A DNA stretch of 64,000 nucleotides from Bacillota bacterium (GCA_021803205.1 JAJZMB010000029.1:1765-65764); one strand, 5' to 3'. Positions 34,817 to 45,009 are shown, numbered from the stretch's first letter. The notes: a model not told the origin generated them from the sequence alone. A program made the numbers and translations.

Positions 34817-35304
34817 TCCCAGAAAAGGGCGGACAGGCTGAAAGAGGTTCGCCGTCTCCCGGGATCGGCCGCTCGCCGTGTCAGGCTCGCGCCCCCCGAA
34901 CCGCGATCCGCACACGCCGCGAGTCGCCGGCCATGTATGGAAGCGGGTGCTCGCAACGCGGTTCCCAGACCGCATCATACCCTGTCCGTCAGCAGGGCGG
35001 GGCCGCGCACGGCAGGCGTGTTGTGCGGCCGTGGCCGACCGGCCCCCCCAGCCCCGTCGCTGTCACGCTCCCGACCACATGCCCTTCCGGTAGCGGCCCT
35101 CCCGGAACCCGACCCCGGTACCGACCGAGCGCGGCGGTCCGCGCGGCGCCGCAGCACGTCATGGCCGCACATCCCCTGCCGGCGCTGCCGCTACCCTTCC
35201 CCCGCCGACGGGCTCGGCGACCGTCCATCCAGCGCCCGTGGACGCGGCGGAAATGGACCGCATGCTCTCCCGCCCGTCGCCACGGAGCCGCCCCTTCGGC
35301 GGAG

Positions 35305-35655
35305 TTACTCCGCCGCCGCCCCAGCCTGGACAGAACCGGGGGCGGCCCCTTCCACACGCAGCCCGGGGAATGCGGCCGCCACGACCCCATCCGGGGACGC
35401 CGCGTAACCCGCGACGATCTGCACCACGGCCCGCACAACCGCAGGCACCCGCAGCCCCGAACCGGCGGGAGGGGTCGGTCCGGAGGGCCCCACCCGGATG
35501 AAGGCCCAAGCGGGTGGCGACGGCGGGGCGGCATACCCGTCGAGCGGGGCAAGGGCGCTCACCGCCGGACCGTTGCCACGCCGTACGGCCAGCGCCACCC
35601 CGGCGGCCACGGCCAATGCATACGCCGCCAGCGCCAGCCAGCCCCGCGACCGCAT
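35305..35655 (-). CDS. Hypothetical N-terminally anchored protein (position equivalent to yqxA upstream of lepA)
   Basis: MRSRGWLALAAYALAVAAGVALAV signal/anchor, then a soluble domain of about 90 aa. The family call rests on synteny only. Confidence 0.4.
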   Translation of the reverse strand: MRSRGWLALAAYALAVAAGVALAVRRGNGPAVSALAPLDGYAAPPSPPAWAFIRVGPSGPTPPAGSGLRVPAVVRAVVQIVAGYAASPDGVVAAAFPGLRVEGAAPGSVQAGAAAE

Positions 35656-35737
35656 ACCCTCGCCCCCGGGACTGAGGGTATGCGGTCGCACACCGCCGCT
35701 TGCCCGGACTCGCCGACCGCGACGAGCGGCACTGTTT

Positions 35738-36064
35738 TCAGCGCAGTTCGCTCGGGACAAAGGCGTCAATGACGCCGATGACCAGGGAGGCCAAGAGCGC
35801 GCCCACCACGGTGACATGCATGCTCACGACCAAGAACTGCACGCCGTAGATCACCGCCGCCCCCGCCAGGAAGCCGATCAGGCCGCGCCCGTATGGGGAT
35901 ACACGGTGTCCGAAGAGCGCCTCCGCGAGCCAGCCGATCGCGGCGATGGCCACCGCGGCGAACATCGCGTTCCAAAAGCCGACCACGTGGAATCCCGGAA
36001 GCAGGAATCCGAGGAACAGGATCACCAGCGCGGAAACGACGAAGCGGATGATCAGACCGAGCAT
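35738..36064 (-). CDS. Phage holin family 4 / DUF360 (YvlD-like) membrane protein
   Basis: MLGLIIRFVVSALVILFLGFLLPGFHVVGFWNAMFAAVAIAAIGWL... 108 aa. GGGGGAGTGG lies 4 nt upstream of ATG 36064. Confidence 0.7.
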   Translation of the reverse strand: MLGLIIRFVVSALVILFLGFLLPGFHVVGFWNAMFAAVAIAAIGWLAEALFGHRVSPYGRGLIGFLAGAAVIYGVQFLVVSMHVTVVGALLASLVIGVIDAFVPSELR

Positions 36065-36505
36065 ACGCCCACTCCCCCGTCGCAGACCGGCGCCCTGGAC
36101 GCCTTGTACGGCGCTGGAGCGGCCTGCCACATCTGCCCGCAGTCTTCCCCGCGCGGGCGCCGCCAGATGCGCCCGGGACGTATCCGCGCCCCTCGTCGTA
36201 CCCAGAGATGCATGTTCATGCATTCCGCCGCCGGCCACGGCCCAGGTGGCGCCGGGCGGTGTCTGATCGCCACACAATCTGTCGCAGAAGGTCCAGCAAG
36301 GTCCAGCCAAGACAAGCAGGCGGCCTTGAAGTTTGCATAAAAACGCGTACGATGGGCGCGGGTCCACGCACAGCGCGGTGGTGCTCGTCTCGCGCCGGCC
36401 CGCAACGGGGCTTGCTTCTCACGGAGTGTGCGGGCGTGCCCCCCGGTTGGCGCTTCCCGCGCCGGTCGGGATGCCAGTATAATCGGCGGGAAAGGGGTGA
36501 CCCCC

Positions 36506-38266
36506 ATGCGCTCCGAGTTAGTGTGGAAGGTGGGCGGCGAACAGGGATCGGGGATCGAGAAGCCGGGCTCGATCTTCCTGGACGCGTGCAGCCGCCTCGG
36601 CTACTACTCCTTTGGGTACCGGCACTTCATGTCCCGCATCATGGGCGGGCACACGAACTATCAGGTGCGGATCTCGCACAAGCCGGTGTTCGCGATGGGC
36701 GATCACACCGACGTGATGCTCATCGACAGCAAGGGCGCGCAGGAAGCCATCGACATGAACATCGGCGAGATGGCAGCGGACGGCGTGATCATCGCCGACG
36801 CGGGCATGAAGGCCGAGATGCCTGCGGGCAGCCAGGTGCGGCTGTTCAAGGTACCTTTTCACGGCATAGCCGGCGAGATCGGTTCAGACCTCTACTGGAA
36901 CATGGTGGCCATGGGCGCGAGTTGCGCCGTGACGGGGCTCGACCGCCAGGCCCTGCGGGACATGGTGTATGCCACCTTTGCCCGTAAGGGTGAGAAGATC
37001 GTGCAGGCCAACTACGACGCGATCGACCGCGGGTATGCCTACGTGATCGAACATTACGGAGAACTCCCGCATCTGAAGGTCGCCCCCGTTCCCAGGCCCG
37101 TGCGCCGGTTGACGATGGAGGGCGACAACGCGGCGGCATTCGGCGCGTTGGCTGGCGGCTGCCGTTTCCTCGCCGCCTACCCGATCACGCCGGCATCGAT
37201 GGTGATGGAGTGGATGGCCAAGGAGGCACCCAAGGTCGGCGGCATCGTCGTGCAGGCGGAGGACGAGATGTCGGCAGTGCTCATGGCCATCGGCGCCAAC
37301 TACGCCGGGGCGCGCGGCATGACCTCCACCTCCGGGCCCGGCTTCAGCCTGATGCAGGAGGCGCTCGGGCTCTCCGGCCTCACGGAGACGCCGGTCGTCA
37401 TTGTGGACGTGCAGCGCGGCGGCCCGGCCACCGGCCTGCCGACGAAGCCCGAGCAGGGCGACATCAATGAGATGATCTACGGCTCCCATGGCGAGATCCC
37501 GCGCGTGGTCATCGCGCCCGGGACCTACGCCGAATGTTTCTACGACACCGCAGAAGCGTTTAACCTCGCAGACCGGCACCAGTGCCCGGTGATCGTGGCC
37601 ATGGATCTGACGCTGGGCATGGGCAAGGGTACGGTGGAACGGCTGGACTGGAGCCGACTGCGCATCGACCGCGGCAAGATTCTGACCGCCGCGGACATCG
37701 CTAGGCTCGGCGGCGAATACGAGCGCTTCGCCAACACCGAAGACGGCATCTCCCCGCGCGCCCTGCCGGGAACGCCCGGGGGGATCCACCTGAACACGGC
37801 GGATGAACACACCTTTTCGGGCCGGATCACGGAGAATCAGGAACAGCGCCGGGTCATCCACGACAAGCGCCTGCGGAAGACCGACCACGTCGACTTCCCC
37901 GGACTGGCGGTGCGCGGCGACCTGCCGGCCGATCTGGTCTTGGTGGGCTTCGGCTCTGTCACCGGTCCGATGTGGGAGGCGGCAGAGCGGCTCGTGGCAG
38001 AGGGGCGGCATGTGGCGGTCTGTCAACTGCGCCGCCTGTGGCCCTTCCCAACCGAAGAATTTCTGCGGGTGCTCTCCCAGGCGGAGGCCGCCCTGGTCTG
38101 CGAACACAACGCCACCGGCCAACTCGCCCACCTGATCCGGGCGCAGTGCGGCGGCGACCTGCTGCCGGGACTGCGCAAGTATGACGGCGACCCGTTCCGG
38201 CCCGCGGAAGTCGTCGCCCGCGCGAAAGAGGTGATGGCGGATGTCGGCAGTGCTCGTATCGCCTAA
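36506..38266 (+). CDS. korA: 2-oxoacid:ferredoxin oxidoreductase, alpha subunit
   Basis: MRSELVWKVGGEQGSGIE...AYPITPAS...GGPATGLPTKPEQGD. ATG 36506 has a GAAAGGGGTGA RBS. Confidence 0.9.
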   Translation: MRSELVWKVGGEQGSGIEKPGSIFLDACSRLGYYSFGYRHFMSRIMGGHTNYQVRISHKPVFAMGDHTDVMLIDSKGAQEAIDMNIGEMAADGVIIADAGMKAEMPAGSQVRLFKVPFHGIAGEIGSDLYWNMVAMGASCAVTGLDRQALRDMVYATFARKGEKIVQANYDAIDRGYAYVIEHYGELPHLKVAPVPRPVRRLTMEGDNAAAFGALAGGCRFLAAYPITPASMVMEWMAKEAPKVGGIVVQAEDEMSAVLMAIGANYAGARGMTSTSGPGFSLMQEALGLSGLTETPVVIVDVQRGGPATGLPTKPEQGDINEMIYGSHGEIPRVVIAPGTYAECFYDTAEAFNLADRHQCPVIVAMDLTLGMGKGTVERLDWSRLRIDRGKILTAADIARLGGEYERFANTEDGISPRALPGTPGGIHLNTADEHTFSGRITENQEQRRVIHDKRLRKTDHVDFPGLAVRGDLPADLVLVGFGSVTGPMWEAAERLVAEGRHVAVCQLRRLWPFPTEEFLRVLSQAEAALVCEHNATGQLAHLIRAQCGGDLLPGLRKYDGDPFRPAEVVARAKEVMADVGSARIA

Positions 38267-39137
38267 GACCTTCGTGAGCGAGTTCCCGACATGGTGTCCG
38301 GGATGCGGCGATTTTGGCGTCCTGCGGGCGCTGCAGAACGCGGCGGCGAAGCTCGGCCTGCAACCCCATGACATCTGCCTCGTCACCGGCATCGGCTGTT
38401 CTGGCAAGATCAACAGTTATTTCAACGCTTACGGCCTGCATACGTTGCACGGACGTTCGCTGCCGGTGGCCCAGGGTGTGAAATTGGCCAATCCCAATCT
38501 CACGGTGATCGCCTCCGGCGGCGACGGGGACGGCTACGGCATCGGCGCCGGCCACTTCATGCATGCGGTCCGGCGCAATGTCGACATGACATATATCGTG
38601 ATGGACAACCAGGTGTACGGATTGACCAAGGGCCAGACCAGCCCGACATCGCCAACGGGCTTCACAAGCCACACGACGCCGTACGGCTCGGCCGAGGGCC
38701 CGGTCCGGCCGTTGCGGGTGGCCCTGGCCAACGGCTGCTCGTTCATCGCGCAGGGCTTCTCCGCCGACCTCAAGCAACTGGTGGACCTGATCATCCAGGC
38801 CATCCAACACAAGGGCTTTTCGCTCCTGAACGTCCAGAGCCCCTGTGTGACGTGGCGCGAGACGATCCTGGAGGACGACCAGAAGATCGGCGTCTACGAA
38901 TGGTGGAAGAAGCACCTGCACAACCTGGACGCAGACCCGGATTACGATCGTCACAACCAGGCCGCCGCCTTCGCCAAGCTCATGGAGTACGACGACATTG
39001 TCACAGGCGTGGTCTACCAGGAGGACCGGCCGTCGTACCAGCAATACCTGAGGGGCTATACCGACAGGCCCATGTCCGAGATGGCCAGCCCGCTCGACGA
39101 CGCCGTCTTGGAACAATTCGCCGAGCAGTTCAAGTAG
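38241..39137 (+). CDS. korB: 2-oxoacid:ferredoxin oxidoreductase, beta subunit (TPP-binding)
   Basis: FPTWCPGCGDFGVL, SGGDGDGYGIG and MDNQVYGLTKGQ. Overlaps the korA end by 26 nt. Confidence 0.9.
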   Translation: MSAVLVSPKTFVSEFPTWCPGCGDFGVLRALQNAAAKLGLQPHDICLVTGIGCSGKINSYFNAYGLHTLHGRSLPVAQGVKLANPNLTVIASGGDGDGYGIGAGHFMHAVRRNVDMTYIVMDNQVYGLTKGQTSPTSPTGFTSHTTPYGSAEGPVRPLRVALANGCSFIAQGFSADLKQLVDLIIQAIQHKGFSLLNVQSPCVTWRETILEDDQKIGVYEWWKKHLHNLDADPDYDRHNQAAAFAKLMEYDDIVTGVVYQEDRPSYQQYLRGYTDRPMSEMASPLDDAVLEQFAEQFK

Positions 39138-39153
39138 TCTGCAGCGGTGCAGG

Positions 39154-39179
39154 GGGCGGGGGACGTCGATCCCCCGCCC
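39154..39179. terminator. Bidirectional terminator-like hairpin between korB and the convergent DUF2512 gene
   Basis: GGGCGGGGGA-cgtcga-TCCCCCGCCC, a perfect 10-bp GC stem. Confidence 0.5.
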
Positions 39180-39213
39180 TCTGCCTGTGTCGGCGCCAGT
39201 GGCGGATAGTGTT

Positions 39214-39564
39214 TCAGCGCACTCCGACGCCACGTTCGAGCAGGTATTGGTGGTACACGATCTCGGCCGTCGCGACCGCCCCGGCCGCCGTCAGCGCCCC
39301 GCCGAATCCCAGCCGGACGCCTGGGACATAGAACGGCGCCAGCCAGAACAGAGCGAGCGCGAGGGCGAAGTCCACCCCGACGGCGCCAGCATTGCCCATG
39401 GCCGGCAGCGCCAGTCGGTCCCCGAAATAGGTGGCGACGGTGACAACCGCAGCCGGCAGGAGCGCCGCAGCCCAGCCGACCCGTCCCACGGCCGGCAGGA
39501 TGAGCACCGACAGAGCGGCGACAACCATATACTTGACGGCCAATGTACCCAAAACAGTGCGCAC
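39214..39564 (-). CDS. Small membrane protein, DUF2512/YndM-like (paralogue of 31612..31956)
   Basis: GTG 39564 (GGAGGG 8 nt upstream) gives (M)RTVLGTLAVKYMVVAALSVLILPAV..., about 116 aa and 4 TM. Confidence 0.6.
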   Translation of the reverse strand: MRTVLGTLAVKYMVVAALSVLILPAVGRVGWAAALLPAAVVTVATYFGDRLALPAMGNAGAVGVDFALALALFWLAPFYVPGVRLGFGGALTAAGAVATAEIVYHQYLLERGVGVR

Positions 39565-39930
39565 GTGCCCATCCCTCCGGCGAGGCGTACGTCCGCAGTC
39601 TGTCCGCGCGCCGCCCGGACTATAGCCCGGATGGCCGTCTGCTGAGCGCTGACACGGGGAGCGACCCCTCGCAGCCACCGGTCGACAAAAACCCGTCGGT
39701 CGGTGAGGCGCATCTCAACTCCCGTCCGACAGCCAGCTGGCACGGGTATACCGCCGCCACCATCCGCCTCCGGCGCGGATGGCGGCAGTAGCCCCCCGCC
39801 TTACCGAAGCCCGCAGCAGGTTCCGGACGGACGTACGCCGGCGGGGTTCGCACCACGCCCGTACGCCTGCACTGCCAGGGGGCGCGGCGGCCCTGCGCAC
39901 ACGGGAACCGGGGCAGCCCGAGGCACGGAC

Positions 39931-40149
39931 TCAGCCGTCGCCAGGGGGACGGTCTGCAGCGCCAACGCGCAGGCGCCGCAGGAGCGTGAAGACGGCGAAA
40001 GTGGATGCCGCCAGCGATGCCGCCCGGAAGAAGCCGTGCAGCGCATAGGCTGATCCGACGGCAGTGGCCGACACCACGGCGACCCAACCCCAGGACACGG
40101 CCACGGTGGGGCGGCTTGCAGCGCGGGTGCGGCGTTTTGACCCGGGCAC
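39931..40149 (-). CDS. Hypothetical small membrane protein (72 aa, 2 TM)
   Basis: GTG 40149 with GGGAGGG 8 nt upstream gives (M)PGSKRRTRAASRPTVAVSWGWVAVVSATAVGSAYALHGFFRAASLAASTFAVFTLL. Third-position GC is mostly high. Confidence 0.4.
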   Translation of the reverse strand: MPGSKRRTRAASRPTVAVSWGWVAVVSATAVGSAYALHGFFRAASLAASTFAVFTLLRRLRVGAADRPPGDG

Positions 40150-40467
40150 GGAGCCATCCCTCCCGTCACCGCGTGGAGACCAGTGGCAACGCGCGTTCGT
40201 CCGCCCATCAGTCTTCCGGAAACCGGACCGCAGATACATGGAATCCACCGCTGCACGACACGCGGCCGGAGAATGCCCTCAGCAATGACCCCGCGCCGCC
40301 AGCGTCGTGCCGCGCGTCCTCATTCCCCCCAGAGCCCCCACCTTGACCACACAAGCCCGAGTGCAATAGTCTGCATTCGAGAAGGCTTTCCGTGCGGTTT
40401 CCCATCGGCTTGCCGCAGCCGTGCCGGTCCGGGGGACATCCCCATTCCCCGCCGGAGGCGAGGAAAT

Positions 40468-41730
40468 ATGAGGGCGCAGGGTTCCTCGCTTCGGAGCCAT
40501 CCACCCCGCGTCTCCGGTTGGGCGCGATTGTCAGCCTTCAGCCGCCGATGGCCCGGGCTGTTCGCCAATGCCCACCGCGTCGCCCTCTATCTGTTGCCCG
40601 TCGAACTGCTGACAGGTGCCGCTCTGTATTTCCCACGCCTGCATACGGACCTGATCGCCTGGCTCCCGCTGATCGAGGGTATCCATGTCTGGGCGGGCAT
40701 CGCCTTCTGCGGTCTTCTGCCCATGCCCGTTCTGTTCCCGCTCGGGAAGCGCCTGCTGGCCACGGTCGACTGGGTGGCCTCGTTCTGGTTTGTGGCTGGC
40801 CTCGGCGTCACAGGGCTGGCCCTGTGGACAGCCCCGGGGTCCGCATCGCTCTTACGCACTGGCGCTTTCGGCCTCCACGGGATCCTTGCTGTGGCCTTCG
40901 CCGTCTGGGCGCTCTACCATGGTCTGGTGCGCCTGGAGACGGCGCTGCGCGGGCGCGATCCCGAGCGGCAGGCCGAACACCGCGACCGCGCCAGTCGACG
41001 GACTATGCTCGCCAGCCTGGGGCGGGCCGTTCTGGGGAGCATTGCCGGCACGGCGGTATTCGGCTGGTTGGGAGGGGCCTTTGCGGCGTTGGCGCGCGGC
41101 GCGGCCGCGCCGATGGGCGGAGGTGCGCCCGCGGCTGGCGGAGCGACACAGGCGGGCGACAACCAACCCCTTCCCGGATTCCAGATCTACACGGTCACCG
41201 GGGGATTCCCGTCGTACGATGCGCGCACGTACCGCCTTGAGATCGGCGGCATGGTGCACGCACCGGCCAGCCTCAGCCTGGCGGACGTGCGGAAGCTCCC
41301 GCAGGTGACGGAGACGCGAGCCTTCCATTGCGTCACGGGGTGGGTCGTGGCGGGGGTCGTCTGGCAGGGCGTGCGCATCTCCGACCTGCTGCGGCTGGTG
41401 CAGCCGCAATCGGGTGCAGCATGGATCACCTTCGCTTCGTTCGACGGCGTCTACACCGACAGCCTCAGTCTGGCCCAGGCGACCGCCGAAGGCGTGCTCC
41501 TGGTGCATCAGGCCGACGGGCGCCCGCTGGCGACGGCGCAGGGCGCCCCGCTGCGCCTCTTTGTGCCGCAGATGTACGGCTACAAGTCGGTAAAGTGGGT
41601 CGGCCGCCTCCGTCTGGTTGCCTCACGGGAGATCGGTTACTGGGAACAGCGCGGATACGGCCCGGATGCCTATCTCGGAACGGTGAACGGCTGGACGTCC
41701 GGCGGGGGCCTGCGTTCCCTTCTCCCATAG
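40468..41730 (+). CDS. Fusion protein: b-type cytochrome-like membrane domain plus sulfite-oxidase-family molybdopterin oxidoreductase domain (MsrQ/MsrP- or YedZ/YedY-like)
   Basis: N-terminal 4 TM with conserved His (AHRVALY, GIHVWAG, FGLHGILAV, LYHGLV). A twin-arginine-like SRRTMLASLG plus TM follows. The Mo domain then reads RTYRLEIGG..., FHCVTGW and LRLFVPQMYGYKSVKWVGRLRLV. ATG 40468 has a GGAGGCGAGGA RBS. Confidence 0.8.
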   Translation: MRAQGSSLRSHPPRVSGWARLSAFSRRWPGLFANAHRVALYLLPVELLTGAALYFPRLHTDLIAWLPLIEGIHVWAGIAFCGLLPMPVLFPLGKRLLATVDWVASFWFVAGLGVTGLALWTAPGSASLLRTGAFGLHGILAVAFAVWALYHGLVRLETALRGRDPERQAEHRDRASRRTMLASLGRAVLGSIAGTAVFGWLGGAFAALARGAAAPMGGGAPAAGGATQAGDNQPLPGFQIYTVTGGFPSYDARTYRLEIGGMVHAPASLSLADVRKLPQVTETRAFHCVTGWVVAGVVWQGVRISDLLRLVQPQSGAAWITFASFDGVYTDSLSLAQATAEGVLLVHQADGRPLATAQGAPLRLFVPQMYGYKSVKWVGRLRLVASREIGYWEQRGYGPDAYLGTVNGWTSGGGLRSLLP

Positions 41731-41790
41731 GCACACCTCCGCTGCTGCCGGAAGGGGTGACAGCCGCCCGCCGACGGGGGTGGCCACGAT

Positions 41791-42564
41791 ATGGCCTGGG
41801 ACGAGGAACTCTTCTCGCGCATCGGGGACCGCTACGACCTGATCTTTTCGGGCGAAGTGGTCCACACCGACTTTCAGGTGGACTTCGCCGTACGCGCCTG
41901 CGCGCTCCAACCGGGCCAGCGGGTGCTCGACCTCTGCTGCGGGCCGGGCCGGCACGCCGTTGCGCTGGCCCTGCGCGGCCTGATGGTCACCGCCGTGGAC
42001 CGTGACCCGCACTTTTTAGCCCTGGGGCGGGACCGGGCCCGGGCATCCGGCACCGGGGTCCGGTGGGTACAGAGCGACGTTCGCCGTCTGCCGCGGATCG
42101 GACCGTTTCACGCCGCCATCTGCCTCTTCGCCTCGTGGGGATACGCCCGCGATCCGAGCGAAGACGGGCTGATCCTGCTGGGCGTCGCCCAGCGTCTGCA
42201 ACCCGGGGGGCGGTTCCTCCTGGACATCCCTAACATGGAATGGCTCCGCGCACATCCCAGTGGGACCCGTTTCTCCGTCGTTGGCGGCCTCGGGGTGCGG
42301 GAGACCCGCCATTTCGATCCGGAGGCACGCGAACTCGCGGCACGCTGGTACGTCCATCCACCGGATCAAGCCGCCTGGCGGACAGAGATTCGCTACCGGG
42401 TGTATGCCTTGGCGGAATTGGAGTGGATGCTGGCCCGAGCCGGCCTGGTACTGGACGCGGCATACGGGGACTTCGACGGGAGCGCGCTGACCGCGGACAG
42501 CCCCCGCTGTCTGGCCCTGGCCCGACGTCCGCTCCTCCGTGCCCTGCCAGTGCGTTCAGGATAG
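41791..42564 (+). CDS. Class I SAM-dependent methyltransferase
   Basis: VLDLCCGPGRHAVALALRGLMVTAVD is the motif I glycine loop. 257 aa. Confidence 0.8.
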   Translation: MAWDEELFSRIGDRYDLIFSGEVVHTDFQVDFAVRACALQPGQRVLDLCCGPGRHAVALALRGLMVTAVDRDPHFLALGRDRARASGTGVRWVQSDVRRLPRIGPFHAAICLFASWGYARDPSEDGLILLGVAQRLQPGGRFLLDIPNMEWLRAHPSGTRFSVVGGLGVRETRHFDPEARELAARWYVHPPDQAAWRTEIRYRVYALAELEWMLARAGLVLDAAYGDFDGSALTADSPRCLALARRPLLRALPVRSG

Positions 42565-42905
42565 GGCAGGTCCGCGTCGTTGCCGGTGAATACGTTGATC
42601 CACAGACAATTGCGCCCGTACAGCGCGAAATCGCGGCGTGCGTCCACCAGAGAGTATCCGGGGGCTGGGGAGCCATGCGGGCCCCGCGGCGCAAGCCCGC
42701 ACGCCGCAAACGATTGTGCGGCCGCGGTCCGCCAAGTGCTGCATCGATCGGCACCCCGATTGCCTGGCCCTGGGACCGCAGGCTCCCCATCGCACTGCGC
42801 CACCCCGCGGCATGGGAGCAATCGGCAGGGCTTGTGGCCCGCCGCACCGAATGGCCGGCCATGGCCAAGCTGGCTCAGCGGGCGGAGGCGGGAGGGACCC
42901 AGGTC

Positions 42906-43973
42906 ATGGTTTCGTCCACAGCAGCACCCGCCGCGGCACCGCTCGGCGTCGCTCTGGTGGGTACAGGCCTCGCCGCGGCTATGCACACCGCAGCCCTCCG
43001 GCTGGTGCCGGGGGCGGAGATCCGCGGAGTGGTCGGCACCTCGGCCGGCAAGGCGGAGGCATGCGCACAGCGGTTGTCCCTGCCCAGGGCATACCGCGAC
43101 CTGGACGAATGCCTCGCCGACCCGCAGGTCCGAGTTGTCCACATCTGCACCCCGCCCCACACCCATCCGGACCTGGCGCAGCGCATCGCCGCCGCCGGTA
43201 GGAACATCCTGATCGACAAGCCGCTGGCCCGCACCGTGGCCGAAGCCGACAGGATCATCGCGGCCTGCGCCAGGTCGGGCGTGATGCTCTGTGGGCTGTT
43301 CCAGCACCGCAACATCCCGCTCTGCCGGTCCGTGAAGACGGCCGTGGACCAGGGGCGCCTCGGGCGGATCTACCTGGCTGACTGTTTCGTCAAGTGGTGG
43401 CGCACCGACGAGTACTACCGCGACAGTTCCTGGCGCGCGCGCCGCGCCACCGAAGGCGGCGGCGCCCTCATCAATCAGGCCATCCACTCCATCGACCTTC
43501 TGCAGTGGCTGGCCGGTCCGGTGGTGGAAGTGGCGGGATACACCACCACAGCCGCGCACGCCATCGAGACCGAGGATGTCGGGGTCGCCGTGCTGCGTCT
43601 GGCAGGTGGAGCGGTGGGCGTCCTGGAAGGGACGACAGCCGCGTATCCTGGCTTTCCGGAACGCATCGAGATTCACGGCACCGCCGGGAGCGTCGTTGTC
43701 GACGAAGGGCGCCGACGGGTCGAGTGGTACCTGCGCGGGCAGGAGCCGCGCATCGAGCAGGAGGGCGTGCAGCAGGGCAATGCGGCCGATCCCGCGGCCG
43801 TGTCGCCGGAAGCGCACGCGGCGGCTTTCGCCGACTTTCTCGACTCCGTGCGTACGGGCCGTCCCCCGACCGTCGACGGCCACGCCGCGCGCAAGGCCCT
43901 TGAGGTCGTGGAAGCAGTGTACCGGTCTTCCGCCCAGGGCGGCCGTCCTGTCTACCTGCCCCTGTCACCCTGA
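42906..43973 (+). CDS. Gfo/Idh/MocA family oxidoreductase
   Basis: LGVALVGTGLAAAMHTAAL Rossmann N-terminus, ILIDKPLA and GGGALINQAIHSIDLLQW. ATG 42906 has a GGGAGGGA RBS. Confidence 0.85.
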   Translation: MVSSTAAPAAAPLGVALVGTGLAAAMHTAALRLVPGAEIRGVVGTSAGKAEACAQRLSLPRAYRDLDECLADPQVRVVHICTPPHTHPDLAQRIAAAGRNILIDKPLARTVAEADRIIAACARSGVMLCGLFQHRNIPLCRSVKTAVDQGRLGRIYLADCFVKWWRTDEYYRDSSWRARRATEGGGALINQAIHSIDLLQWLAGPVVEVAGYTTTAAHAIETEDVGVAVLRLAGGAVGVLEGTTAAYPGFPERIEIHGTAGSVVVDEGRRRVEWYLRGQEPRIEQEGVQQGNAADPAAVSPEAHAAAFADFLDSVRTGRPPTVDGHAARKALEVVEAVYRSSAQGGRPVYLPLSP

Positions 43974-43998
43974 CGGCCCGTAAGGAGGCCCTGGCTCA

Positions 43999-44811
43999 AT
44001 GCCCTTCCCGATTGCCGCCCTGACCGACGAGATCGCGCCGGATCTCGTTGCGGCGCTGACCACCATGATCGGCGCCGGGATCACCGGCGCGGAACTGCGT
44101 ACGGTCTTGGGCAAGAATGTGCTGGAGTTGTCGGACACGGAGGCCCTCTCCACGTGGGAGACCATCGCGCAGGCTGGTCTATCGGTGTCCGGCATCGCCT
44201 CTCCGATCGGCAAAAGCCCCATCGGCAGCCCGCTGGCGGAGGAGGAGGCGCGCATCGAGCGCGCCTGCCAGTTGGCCCGGCTGTTGCACACAGACCGTAT
44301 CCGCATCTTCAGTTTCTATCCCCCCGAGGGCACGTCCGCCTCGGAGATGGAGAGTCTCGCCCCGGAGGTGATCAGGCGGCTGCGGACGTTCGCGCGCACG
44401 GCCGAGACTGCGGGCGTCACCCTGGTGCTGGAGAACGAGGTGGGCCTCTGGGGCGACATCCCGGACCGCTGCCGGAGGATCCTGGAGGCTGTGGCCTCCC
44501 CACGGTTGCGCTTTGCCTGGGACCCGGCGAACTTCCTCCGTTCGGGCGTTGCGCGGCCCTTCGACGAGGGCTGGCCGGCACTGCGGCAGTGGGTGGCCTG
44601 CGCCCACGTCAAGGATTGCCGCCTCGGCGGGGAGCACACCGTGGCCGGAGCTGGCGACGGTCAATGGCCGGAACTTCTGTCGGCACTGGCCATGCTCGGC
44701 GGCATGCCACTGGTCATGGAACCACACCTGCAGATCGCCGGCCACTCCGTGGGCTTCACCGGGCCTGAGCGCTTCCTCCAAGCGGTGGGTGCGGTGCGCG
44801 CCCTGATGTGA
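43999..44811 (+). CDS. Sugar phosphate isomerase/epimerase (xylose isomerase-like TIM barrel)
   Basis: 270 aa with RIRIFSF, VTLVLENE, FAWDPANF and HVKD, the spacing typical of the AP endonuclease 2 / TIM-barrel family. Confidence 0.8.
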   Translation: MPFPIAALTDEIAPDLVAALTTMIGAGITGAELRTVLGKNVLELSDTEALSTWETIAQAGLSVSGIASPIGKSPIGSPLAEEEARIERACQLARLLHTDRIRIFSFYPPEGTSASEMESLAPEVIRRLRTFARTAETAGVTLVLENEVGLWGDIPDRCRRILEAVASPRLRFAWDPANFLRSGVARPFDEGWPALRQWVACAHVKDCRLGGEHTVAGAGDGQWPELLSALAMLGGMPLVMEPHLQIAGHSVGFTGPERFLQAVGAVRALM

Positions 44812-45009
44812 ACACAGTCGTGGCGACGGGTGGACCTGCCCTGGAATCCGTGCCTGCAGCCCACCGCGAGAACGGTACCGTGCCCTGGGAGGCCGGACCG
44901 CCGCAGGAGTACGGCACTGCGGCACAGATGCGCTACAATGGACGCGTGTCTCTTCAACCCGGCCACGATGAGGTGAGCTTGCACGGGGAGCGCGGGTTAC
45001 CGGCCAGAG

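Noticed and set aside
42580-42700. Protein-like minus-strand fragment GYSLVDARRDFALYGRNCLWINVFTGNDADLPYPE in the AT-richer spacer before the Gfo/Idh/MocA gene.
   Set aside because: The frame only closes 170 nt inside the convergent methyltransferase gene, and upstream it degenerates into low-complexity sequence. At best it is a pseudogene remnant of unidentified family; I could not assign it.
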